Shown here: one piece after another, positions 15,113 to 26,100 of the stretch
Numbering within the stretch: position 1 is the first letter of the stretch
Layout of the letters: the number at the start of each line of letters is the position of its first letter
Origin: Podarcis gaigeae
Lineage: Eukaryota
Length of the DNA: 64,000 nt
Assembly: GCA_964106915.2 (NCBI GenBank)
Contig: OZ066917.1
Direction: 5' to 3' (one strand)
Translations under genes and position numbers: made by a program
The notes under the pieces: model-generated
The model's input: the letters and a program-made list of their open reading frames with translations, nothing else
Told to the model about the DNA's origin: nothing
Database searches by the model: none

Positions 15113-18100
15113 GTAAGTACAAAATAGATGCCAAGCAATGTAGATGCTGACCTCATAAAAACACCTGTGCTTTTGTGCCCCCCTTAGTGCAGAGGTTTCA
15201 TTACTGGGCTTTACAACATTCTTATTGACCAAAGCAAACAGCTTTTGGGCAGGTGAGTAAGCTTATCTTTTTCATATTGTCATCATCGCCCTGGAACTGG
15301 GCTTTCGGTGTCTGATCTTAATGATAACTGTGCTTTGTTTGAACATGTAAATAGTGCAGGCGAAACATGTTCCAATGTGTTTACAAGTCTGAAAGTTCAT
15401 AAGTTCAAAAGTTTACAAAGTACTGTATGATAAAACTCCTTCAAATGGGTGGACTTATTTCAGTGCAGTGGGATTTGCACCAGGACATTGTTCAGGCTGT
15501 TATTAGACACTGAAAAATGCTCCAGTGGAATTAGGTCAATAGAATGGCTTGGTCTTAGGTGCTTTGGCATATTGCCAGGTGTCTTTCTCATATCTGAATG
15601 ATTGTCTTTGTTCATGCTGTAACTATCTGTTTGCCTCTTCCCTGTACTTTAAACAGCGAAATGTGAATAGCTAGTTTTTATTCATCTAAAGTCCAGGGTG
15701 GATGGGAGGAAGGAAATAAAGCTATTTTTATAAGGCCCCGCTACAGAAGCAGCACACAGCAGAACCGAAGCATGTGAGACCGTTATTGCAAGGCCTTTTA
15801 CTGTAATTATTTGAGGACACCTATATTACTGGAGCTTAATGCCTGCCAGTGTAAACTTCATCGTGCCAGGAAAGTTGAGATCATAAGATCCCATCCCAAC
15901 TGCCAGGCACATTTTTGTAACTATTTTGCTATTTATCAGGTAGAGTTACAAGAAACTGGGCCTGCTGGGCACAAAAGGATACTCAGCTTGGAATTTAACT
16001 ACTTTGTAACAGGAAAGAGTGAGAATTGCATTAAGTTGCATGCTCTTTCCCTTCCTGTCAGCTCTTTCAATACTGAGAACTGAAGTTTGCAATTTGTGTA
16101 CTTTAATACTTTGTCAATCACCTTGAACGTTTATGCTGTTCTTATAGTACAATAATTTTCAGCAAGGAATTCATATATACTCCTTACTTAGATACATACA
16201 GATTGGGAGGCTTTTCTCATTTTTTAAAAAGTCTGTTAACTGCAATGTTTTATTTGTAACTAATATGTTTAGGGTGGACTCTCTGTGCCTTTAAAACCTG
16301 AATCACCTCACTGTTATGGCACAGACATTGCTGCTGTTTGTTTGTTTTTCCTTATTAAGACAGAGCTCCTGCTTACATGTTTATTAAAATTAGACTTGAA
16401 TACTGTGAAGTAGAGAAGGAATGCTACATTTTTTCAGAATGCATACTTGATAGCCAAGGTATCAAAAAACAACAGCCGGTCTGTATTAAGACAGTAGTCT
16501 TCAGTTTGAGGTTTTGTTTTTTTGGCTTGGCAGTTGTTAAATGTCCCTGTTAAATCATCCTGAAGTAGACGATGAGGTACACTGCCATTTTCCTCAGGTT
16601 TATAGTGCAGAGACACTTGTGTTTCTGAAGCCTGTTTAAGTCTTGGATTCAGCAGAATGCTTTAACCAAAGTGCCTTTCGAGTCTAAACATTTAAAGCCT
16701 ATGCAATTTCCTTAGAATTGGCTATGATGAAACACATTTTCCATTTTGCAAGAACCAAATGTGTTTATATAATACAAATACATAGATTAAAGGAAAAACT
16801 CTAAACAACGTCAAAGAAGTTCTGTAGGAAAAAATGATGCTGATCCTGATAACATTTAGACATATCTGATCCAGAATTCTGTGTGTGCATATGTAGTGTG
16901 CCCTAATACAGGCACCCGCATTCCACTTGTGCGTGACTACATTTGTGCAGGTTGCTGCAAAATAAAAAAATATATTGGCCTTCCCTTGCACTGGGCAGTG
17001 GCCCCAATCGAGGGGAGGCTTGGGGCAGGCTGGGCAACGGCCCCAGGCAACTTCCAAGCAGCAGTCCCAGCGGTGCTTGTGAGTCTTGTTAAGTTGTGGG
17101 TGAACATATCAGACGACACAGCGATTCTTTCAAAGCAGCTCTTTTATTATTTGTAAGCTGGAACAGAACTGAACTGAAGAGCTCAGTCAGCCTGCTTATA
17201 TAGTGCTCCAGAACCTCGTTACTGTAACAACTTTCTAAAACTATCTAATCACTGAACGTCACTTTCGATCCTTCATTTGCATACAAACTATCCAATCACT
17301 GAACGTCACTTTCGATCCTTCATTTGCATAACTATCTACATTATCCCCCTGCTGGCCCAGGGTGAGAACTTCAGTACATAACAAGTCTCTTTCTCGCTCT
17401 CTCCTCCCTATTAAAGTGGATTGCTCCCCACGTTATGCAAGTTCACTTATATGCGCAGGGGCCCAGAACGTACTCCCCACATTAGTGGGGGGACGACACC
17501 TGTACATTTAAGTGAAGGGAGCTAACCTGGAATGTCGTTCTCAACTGAAATGAATGGGAATGCAAGGCAGACCCTTGGTTGCAGAAATGATATGTGTAGA
17601 GTTGTATTACTCTTTGTGAGCAGAAGTGCATTTTAAAGATATTATCAATAATACATACATTAATTCAGAACTGGGAAAGTGTAAAGATTTTGAGTAATGG
17701 TTTTTTACTCAGATGCACTAAAGTTTTACTTCTGCCTTTGCAGTTTGGAATAGCGTTCTTGGGAAGAACCATTCTGTACACAAAAGAGGCCTTCTTGAGT
17801 TATCTGGAGCCATAAAGTGTGGCACAAGACGATTTCCTTTGGCATATTTAGGTTATGGGTGCTACTGTGGCCCAGGAGGAAGAGGATGGCCTAAGGACAA
17901 AACAGACTGGTAAGGACATCAGTGACATCCCCAAGTGTCATTCTTCAATTGAATTCATCCAACCTTATTTAAGACCCTTGAAATGAAATGCAGGTTTAAT
18001 TTGTGGAAGAGAAACTGTAGGAAACTATATTGTGGTTACAGATGGGGCAGAAATTTGATCCTGTTCACATTTAAAGGTGAACCTACCAAATTCACATATT

Positions 18101-19746
18101 CCAAAACAATACAAGAACCAAAACACAGCTATCCTTCAAAATTCACACTGCTCTGAAATTTGCAGTGCCTTTCTCCAGTCAAGTAATGTGTGCAAAAAAA
18201 TCATGTGCTGGGGTAAAGCATCCATAAAATGCATATGGTAGTGAAAAATAACATAAAAAATGAAATTATTTTAGGGGAAATTGCTTCACGTAAATGTGTA
18301 TATTATGCAAACTTACATAGAAACATGTACATTAAGAGGGGGGAAATGCACTAAAATGATGATGAGTTTTCTTGAGGACTTCAAAAATTGGGGGAAATGT
18401 GCAGAACAGAACTTGAGATTTGAAAATGAGAAACCAAATTTGACAGATTTGCCCATCCCTAATTGTGGTAGCACAAACTGGTGCCAAAATCACATAGTGC
18501 TGGTGAGTGAGTAGTGAGAATAATAGGTAACATGATCAGCACATAACAAAACCTGCCCTTTATTATGCCAGATGACATTACCATGTTGCTAAGTTGAGAG
18601 AATGCAATGAGAGAAAAGGAATGCTGTGTGTCCTCTTTTAACTTGATTTGGAACCAGTGGACTTTCACTAGAGATAAATTTGATTTCTTTTTTAACCCTT
18701 GCTTCACTGAAAGAAGTGGTAGGTGTAATATTTGCATGCACCATGCTCTTGCTGTTTGTTTACCAAATGAATGATTCCAGAGGGATAAATACTTAATGTA
18801 AAAATTTAATGGGCTTTCCCTGAAACACTAGAAGTACGTGAAACAATATTGTAGAGTGCCTGTCTAGCTGAAGAATTTACTTCTGTATTGGCACATGCCT
18901 CTTTTTAAATCTTGGGTGGGCCTCAGAGAAATGCTCACAAAATATACCGTAATGGGTACAATTCAATCTCTATTGCTTAAAGGTGCTGTCATGAACATGA
19001 CTGCTGTTATGGCTTCGCAGAGGAACAAGGCTGTAACCCCATAATACGTAGATATAAATGGACCTGTAATGACAATACTGTGGTATGTGGTAAGGTAACA
19101 ATTTAAATTTCATTGTACTTATCCATTTTATCTTGATAAGCAATGCATGATCTAGTGTTAGGGTCTACTCAGAGTAGACTTAAATCCACTGATTTCAATT
19201 CCATAGTTTAACCACACAGAGTGTGAAGAAGTACTTCCTTATCTCTTACCTCATAAACTTATCTCTATCCACACCATATCTCTATACACGGATTCCACCC
19301 CATGCATAATTTTGTACACCACTATCATGTCACATACTCTCTCTTTTCTAGACCAAAAAGCCCCAAATGCCTCTCCCCATATGAACAACCCAGATCCTTC
19401 AATCATCATCTGAGGACCTTCTTCATGTGCCTCCTACACAAGAGGTCTGGAGTGTGGCAACACAAGAATGGGCCTTTTCTGTGGTGGCTCCCTGTTTGTG
19501 GAATGCTCTCCCCAGCGAGGCTTACCTGGCGCCTTCATTACATATCTTTAGGCACCAGGCAAAAACGTTTCTCTATAACCAGGCCTTTGGTTGATTAACA
19601 TTCTGTGGCTTTTTAAATGTGTTTGTGTGGGGTGGTGGTGGTTATTGGTTTGTTTTTGTTTTATTATCTATTTTGTGTTCTCATTTTGTATTTTTCTGTT
19701 GTGAACTGCCCTGGGATCTTTGGATGGACAGTATACGAATTTAATC

Positions 19747-19792
<46 letters not shown>

Positions 19793-20208
19793 CTGTCCAT
19801 TGTGAAAACTGTCCCTATCTGCTACCTGTTATTGTAACTGCTTTCAGAAATCTGAGCCTAAAATTTAAGAATGACTTACTTATTTTGATTTATAGTTATA
19901 TTTCCTTCCTGGTCTATCACGATTCCCAAAGCAGCTGCAATGAATAACAAATGAATAACAAATAGACATTAACCATTTGTGGCTAGTTGTTCCAGTTTGG
20001 TGCTGTTATTCCATTTCAACTATTCACCTGGTTTTTCTCTTTTTCAGATACAATGTTAGACAGATGTCAAAAAATCATATGCCAATGTGACAGAGAAGCA
20101 GCCAAGTGTTGGAGATCTGCCCCTTTTAACCGACGCTATGCCTTCTGGCCAAATTTTCTGTGCGGCCATATTTACCCTGTATGCAGTTATGGGAAATGTA
20201 GGCATTAA
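15073..20208 (+). CDS. Group X-like secreted phospholipase A2 (PLA2G10-like), spliced CDS: 15073-15112, 17744-17909, 18983-19089, 20048-20208 (474 nt, 157 aa)
   Basis: [157 protein letters not shown]. Has a signal peptide, dibasic propeptide, Ca loop YCGxGG, catalytic HD and the group X 16-Cys pattern. Confidence 0.93.
17087..17383 (-). mobile_element. Solo LTR (297 bp) with 5-bp TSD AGTCT
   Basis: TGTTA...TAACA termini; AGTCT at 17082-17086 and 17384-17388; minus-strand TATATAA near 17196-17202 and AATAAA near 17143-17148; 47-bp tandem duplication in the U3-like part. Confidence 0.85.
17744..17909 (+). CDS. PLA2G10-like exon 2 (propeptide, N-terminal helix, Ca loop)
   Basis: tttgcag| ... 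GACTG|gtaagg; ...[14 protein letters not shown]...[19 protein letters not shown]. Confidence 0.95.
18038..18461. mobile_element. Old non-autonomous DNA transposon (hAT-like, ...GCCCATCCCTA end)
   Basis: Homologous to 53985-54320. Confidence 0.55.
18983..19089 (+). CDS. PLA2G10-like exon 3 (catalytic His-Asp)
   Basis: ttaaag|G ... TGTG|gtaagg; [35 protein letters not shown]. Confidence 0.95.
19409..19790 (+). mobile_element. L2-type LINE 3' fragment with (AAT)n tail
   Basis: Encodes an AFSVVAPCLWNALP-like L2 ORF2 C-terminus; (AAT)n at 19747-19790. Confidence 0.7.
20048..20208 (+). CDS. PLA2G10-like last coding exon
   Basis: ttttcag|AT; [22 protein letters not shown]...[16 protein letters not shown], then TAA; ATTAAA at 20333 and AATAAA at 21043. 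Confidence 0.95.
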
Positions 20209-22062
20209 GACTACTTTTTAATGGAAACCTTCAGTTTCGTTCCACTTTAAGCTCTCTGTATTTTGTATATCATTCAACTAGACTAGCAGCTTCTGAACTG
20301 TGTATGTATCTTCAGATTTCTGGAAATGACAGATTAAACTATGACCTCTACACCTATTGGTTGCACAGATTCATAGGCTTCTTGTTATATCTTGTCATGG
20401 AAAACGTACCCTACAAAAGTGTTTTTGCAATGCCATGCTATGATCTTTTAAAGAGGTGGTGCATACAGTAAGTCTGCATAACTACAGTGCACGTGCCCAA
20501 ACCATCCTGGACCTCCACAGGTTCTTTGTGGTTGGTGATGCTGGGTTCCTATAAAGTGACAGTCCTATGGAACAGGAAGTGTAAGAGAGATACTCTAAGT
20601 GCAGAAAGGCACCATAAGATCCCTGAATACAGCAGAGAGCTTTTTACTGATAGAGAACAGGAGGTTCAGCCATCTTGGCCACACACTGGCTTATTGTGTC
20701 TGGAGAAGATATAATGCTCAGTGCAACCACCCCCTTTAAATGCTTTAATATAGTTTTCTTCTTTTATTTAGTAGTGAGGATGCTATTGTAAAAGGGTTGT
20801 GTGTGTTTTTTGGAAAAGGATGCTTATCTTATGACTAAACTGTAGTCACAATTTGAGGCATATATTCTAAAAGGATGGTAAAGCATTTTTATTATACTAT
20901 TTTTAGGTAGGCTATAGAAAACACTCAAACAACTGACATTTTTGCTTACATTCAGAAAACTATATAGTCGGTGGCACATCTGGCAATTACTTTAACCATG
21001 CTGTCCAAGTTATGCTGTGGAGGAAGAAAAAAAGATTAAGTAAATAAACAATGAAGTAGAGGATATGACACAATATAATGCAAGTAGTCATTTTACAACC
21101 CATTTTTCACAATATACATTTGAAGCACGTTCAGAACACATTTTTCCTATCAAAGAATTCTGGGCACTGCCAAGGAAGCTGTGTTTCAAATGTACTTTAA
21201 AGGTATAATATGTACGCAGCCTTGTATGATCACAAAGTTAATATAGTAATGTGCTTGAGCTGTGCAAGCACTTCTGATTATTTGGCTCCACTGTAGGTTG
21301 GCCAAACCCTTGCCACAAATATAACATACAAGAGCAGCACAAAATTCATGTTAATCATGTTAATATAGAATCATTTCTTGTGTTTCCATTGGCCTTGTTC
21401 AGCTCTGCACCTTGAAGGGACCTTTTATGGTTGTTTTATTGGTCCTAAAAGAATTAGAATGGAGACAGCTGCAGCAACTCAATAACATCCAGATGAATTT
21501 AAACATGTGGCAAGCTTTTTAATCTGACTGTTCTGTGCTACACTTAGTTTCTTAGACAGAGAATCATGCAATAAGTCCTTGAAGTCAGAGCCATTGTAGC
21601 AGGCTTTGTGCTGCTACCAGCTCTAACACCATCTCAAGGACTATAATCTCAAAAGCTTTCACTCAGATTACAAACACCTATTGGTTTCACTGTAGCTACC
21701 TTCCAAGTAAGTATTTTTAGGACTGCTGTCTTAATCTTCTCAGTGCAATTCAGCTTCTTCCTTGTGTATTTGTTCAATCTGCTTCAAGAACCTTGCTGTG
21801 CCTGTTTACAGAACATTCAAACTATTTCCTCTTTAAGCGGGCTTTTTGTTTTTGTGGTGTATGTGTGTGTATGTAGACACACACAGAGAGAGAGACAATT
21901 TGGCAAAACAACCCCAAATGCTTTGAAGATCGCTGAGCATACAGATATATACAGATAGCAATTGAAGTGAACTGTTTATTTAATAAGAAAGCATAGTACT
22001 GTATGTCTACACATAGACAATATCAGAGAGATGCGACTGCAGGTTTCCTCCATCAGCTCTTC

Positions 22063-22091
22063 TCAAAGCCCAGCCTCACTGCTACCTTTAC
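22063..22091 (-). CDS. Probable terminal coding exon of the VJ-Ig gene (GKGSSEAGL*)
   Basis: Acceptor tttctattggcag, in frame, AATAAA about 80 nt after the stop. An alternative acceptor at 22203 would give GDS*. Confidence 0.5.
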
Positions 22092-23086
22092 CTGCCAATA
22101 GAAATTCCACGAGGCTATAGTAAATGCAGGGACAGGACTGGAGGCCTCCATCACTGGCTCTGCTGAGAGACCAATTCCATCAGGCTCCCCCTTCAGCTAT
22201 CACCTATAAGCAGTTACTCCATCCAGCCACTATGGTGCCCACAAGTTGTTGGGCTCCCAATGGTTGAAGTCCAGCAAAATCTGGAAGGTCAGCTACCTTG
22301 TATAGCAACCTTGAAGCTATCTATCACCAGCTATCTTGAAGGTAAGAAATTGTGCTGCAGCCTCTCTGTTGAGAGACTAGCTCCATTTGCTGAAATTTCC
22401 TCTTCTACACCATACTTAAAGCTGTCCCCCCCTTTTTTTTTGCAACTGGTTAGCCTTTCAGAAAATGAAGTGCAGAGATTTGCTTGGATCGTTGGATATA
22501 TCAGCACTGGCGATCTCTCTTAGATCTCTTTAAGTTCTTATTCAGTATAAAGCTTGTTTTTCTGAAAGCATTTGGCAACAAATATGCATTGCATCTATAA
22601 TTCTGGCAAACAACTGAGCATTTTGCTGTCACCATACCTTGGTTTGACGTTGCTTTAGCACATGGAAGGCACTTCCTCAGCTGAGGAGTTAAAACTACTA
22701 TTAGAACTAACATGCCTCCAATGCCAGCTGCCACCACGCCAATGATTGTTCCAATGGATTCTTCTATGCCAAACAATCCTGGGGGGAAATACACAGAGGC
22801 ATCAGAAATCAATTGTCTTGAATATAGGGAATTGTAAGGAAAACTCAACGCACACTGGCTGGAAGAGGCTGCACTGAGAGACTGAGGGGGCGGATTTGGA
22901 TCTATATTTGCTAAACCTGTGAGAGGAACAACGAGAGACACTCTTGTGGTGTAACGTTCTGCATTACAGACTAGACTATTTTACGTCCAAAATGACAAAA
23001 ATATCTCCCTAGGAAAACTGAGGACATTCACAGCCTAGGGGCCTTTTTAAAATAGAGTGAGAAAGCCTAACAAATATATATATATA

Positions 23087-23122
<36 letters not shown>

Positions 23123-26100
23123 CAAGAACCAATTGTGTGAATTGGAACACAGTTTGAAGAGAGTGTGACTGAGGTGGGTTGGTAGATTATGAGTAACTCC
23201 ACCACTATTTAACATTCATATTGTGCTAATATTAAGCCCTGTTTCTATACAAATAATGTAGAATGTAAGCTGTCCCCATTCCAGGGACTTTACAATCTAC
23301 ATTAAACTGACAAAACAAGCATAGGACATTTATTCCTGTTAAGAATTTATAAATATTAGGCCTGTGACATTTCTCTGGCAGCAAACTCTGCCATACAGAA
23401 GATCTCCAGCCTGGCTCTGGCCTTATGGTCTGTGCCTTCCCATGTTTTCCTAGCAAGGTAACACAAGTACTACCAAGGTTTGTACTGGGAGTGGAGGTGA
23501 GTGGGTTGGAATTGCCATTTAAGTATCACCCCTGCCCCCCCAGCCAAAAGAGGAAACAAATCAACACAAAGAACAAAAGAAGGCAGACCTGCATTAGATG
23601 GTCATGTGTTAGTGTTTATATATATATATGCAAATTTATAAACAAGTGCTATAACTGTAACTGCATTTAGATGTTCTTAGAATGTTTTAATCTGTTTAAT
23701 CTGTTTTAGAAAGTTCCTGTTTTGCTTTTTTTAAAAAAAATGTATATCTGTTTGCCGCCCTTGGCTATAAATTCAATAAATAAATAATTTGAATAGAAAT
23801 ACAATGCAGGAGATTGCTGTGGGAAATTGCAATCAAACATAACTATGCAAAAGTGTCATTTAGTACTTGAGTTAAGGTTGTAGAGCTGTGCTCCTGGACT
23901 CAGCTAGGTCATGCCCACTTTCCTCTGACTCCTTTTCCTCACTCTCTCTTCCATGTGAACTCACCACAAGAGGAGCTCACACCATGCACTTGATAGCTTT
24001 TCTGTATTTTGTAACACAAGATATTTCTACTTGTGTTCTTCTTGCTGCTGCATGGAATAACACATGAATCTGACCATTGTTGGAGTTTTGTAAGTAAAGT
24101 ATTTTAAAACTTATTTAACAATGTGGCCTGTTCATTGCAAGAGGGGTAGAAATGAGGAGCACTGTATGCAACTAAATGAGATATGAAAAGAGTTTAATAG
24201 CCTATATCCCATGCTATATTGCTGCTTGACTTTTGTGAGTTTAAACTCTGCTGCTGCAAAGTGTGTTAAGGCCTGGATTTTGTATTTAGGAACCCAGCTG
24301 ATCCTTTTACTAATTACCCTCATGTGGGTCAGTGATCTACTTTCCACTGACATAATTATGACCACATGACCTGTGTGCTTGCTCATCCATTGTCTACGTG
24401 CGAACTGTTTATGGGCAGCCTCAAGGCTCCTGCTTAACCTTTGTATAGATTTTGTTACAGATAGGTAGCCGTGTTGGTCTGCCGTAGTCAAAACAAAAAA
24501 AATCCTTCCAGTAGCACCTTAAAGACCAACTAAGTTAGTTCTTGGTATGAGCTTTCGTGTGCATGCACACTTCTTCAGTTGTCATCTTTAAACTGGTGTT
24601 AGACCAGACAAATTAAGAAAGCACTTGAAAGAGGAGAGAGAAGTAGATGATTACAGAAAGGGTGGTGGTTCTAGATAGAAATTGCATCCCAAAAGATAAG
24701 GAAGTACCAGAAAGGGGTACTAGGGGTACATACAAATGGAGAAAAGGTGGAGAGCTTAAAAAGTCAGGCTTATCAGCTTGAGGCAAAAAGTGTCATTGAG
24801 TCACGGCAAAGGCTTATGACATCTCTAAAGGTAGATGCTGAAATATTCTGCAAGAGCAACTCTCTGAACAGTGAGGTACCGGTATATAAAATGTATAGAA
24901 CTTGTGCAGAGCACCTGATTTAGTCATTCGGCTCCCTTTCCCAATGACGATGCTCAGAATATGTGACCGAAGAGTCTCAGTACTTTCACCAAGCTATTCC
25001 CAGGATTCATTGCTGGTAAAGGTAAAGGTAAAGGGACCCCTGACCATTAGGTCCAGTCATGACCGACTCTGGGGTTGCAGCGCTTATCTCGCGTTATTGG
25101 CCGAGGGAGCCGGCATACAGCTTCCGGGTCATGTGGCCAGCATCACTAAGCCACTTCTGGCGAACAAGAGCAGCACATGGAAACGCCGTTTACCTTCCCA
25201 CCAGAGCGCTACCTATTTATCTACTTGCACTTTGATGTGCTTTCGAACTGCTAGGTTGGCAGGAGCAGGGACCGAACAATGGGAGCTCACCCCGTCATTG
25301 GGATTCGAACCACCAGCCTTCTGATCGGCAAGTCCTAGACTCTGTGGTTTAACCCACATCGCCACCCGCATCCCCTCATTGGTGGTGAAAGTAGTATAAA
25401 ACCACTATTAGGTCTAGTTTGGGTGTTGATGAACAGGTTGATATAATCACAACACTGGGGGGTGGGGAGAATTGAGCGTGAGGTACTTTTTAATCTTTAA
25501 TTGCTGCCATTCATTTGAAGTAAGGAATGTCGTTGCAAAGAGTTCCACTTCTGAAAAGCTGCCACTTCATAACGATTGCATATTCTCATTACCACCTGTC
25601 AAATGAAGTGAGATGGATGAAATTAATCAGGCTGTGACTATATTACAATGGCACCTTGATCATATTTTCAGAAAGCTTGGAAGAGAAATTCTAGGAAGAA
25701 ATAACAAAAGTTCCTTTGCTGTTATTTCCCTAACATATTTTCTGCTGTGAAAGCAGTGCTTGAATTTCTGAAGAATGTGTGCGCCAGAGCTAGTTCACAC
25801 ATGTATGTATACTTCACTTAGGGACTGTGTCCTGTGGCAAAACTGAACCTGTCCATTGGCTGGGGTAACGTGGCACCAGTGGTGTGAAATGCCCTCTCTG
25901 CTGAAATATAAGAAGCTGTACCAGTGCTGGCATTTCTCTGGCTCCTGAAGTCGCATCTATTCAGGCAAACATTCTTCTGAATTGAACTTGGGATTTAATG
26001 GTTTTAATTTTAAAAATTGTTGTATTGCATATTTTAATCAGAGGCATTTTAATGTTACTGTGTATTTTAATTAGGGATTGGTTTTCACAGTTGTAAACTG

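Noticed and set aside
15073-20208. Venom PLA2 (group I, II or III)
   Set aside because: The Cys pattern, dibasic propeptide and GLLEL N-terminus are group X-type. Nothing in the sequence indicates venom use.
22501-22941. 146-aa ORF as a stand-alone gene
   Set aside because: Only 22638-22778 is bounded by splice sites and fits the VJ-Ig gene; the upstream part is intron.
23870-24120. Possible second solo LTR
   Set aside because: It has an LTR-like ...TAACA end, but I could not identify a matching TG start or a TSD.
24902-25324. Recurrent ORFs ending ...YLSTCTL(M/T)CFR(T/S)ARLAGAGT... (also 46847 and 57273)
   Set aside because: These are antisense translations of Sauria SINE copies, not a protein family.
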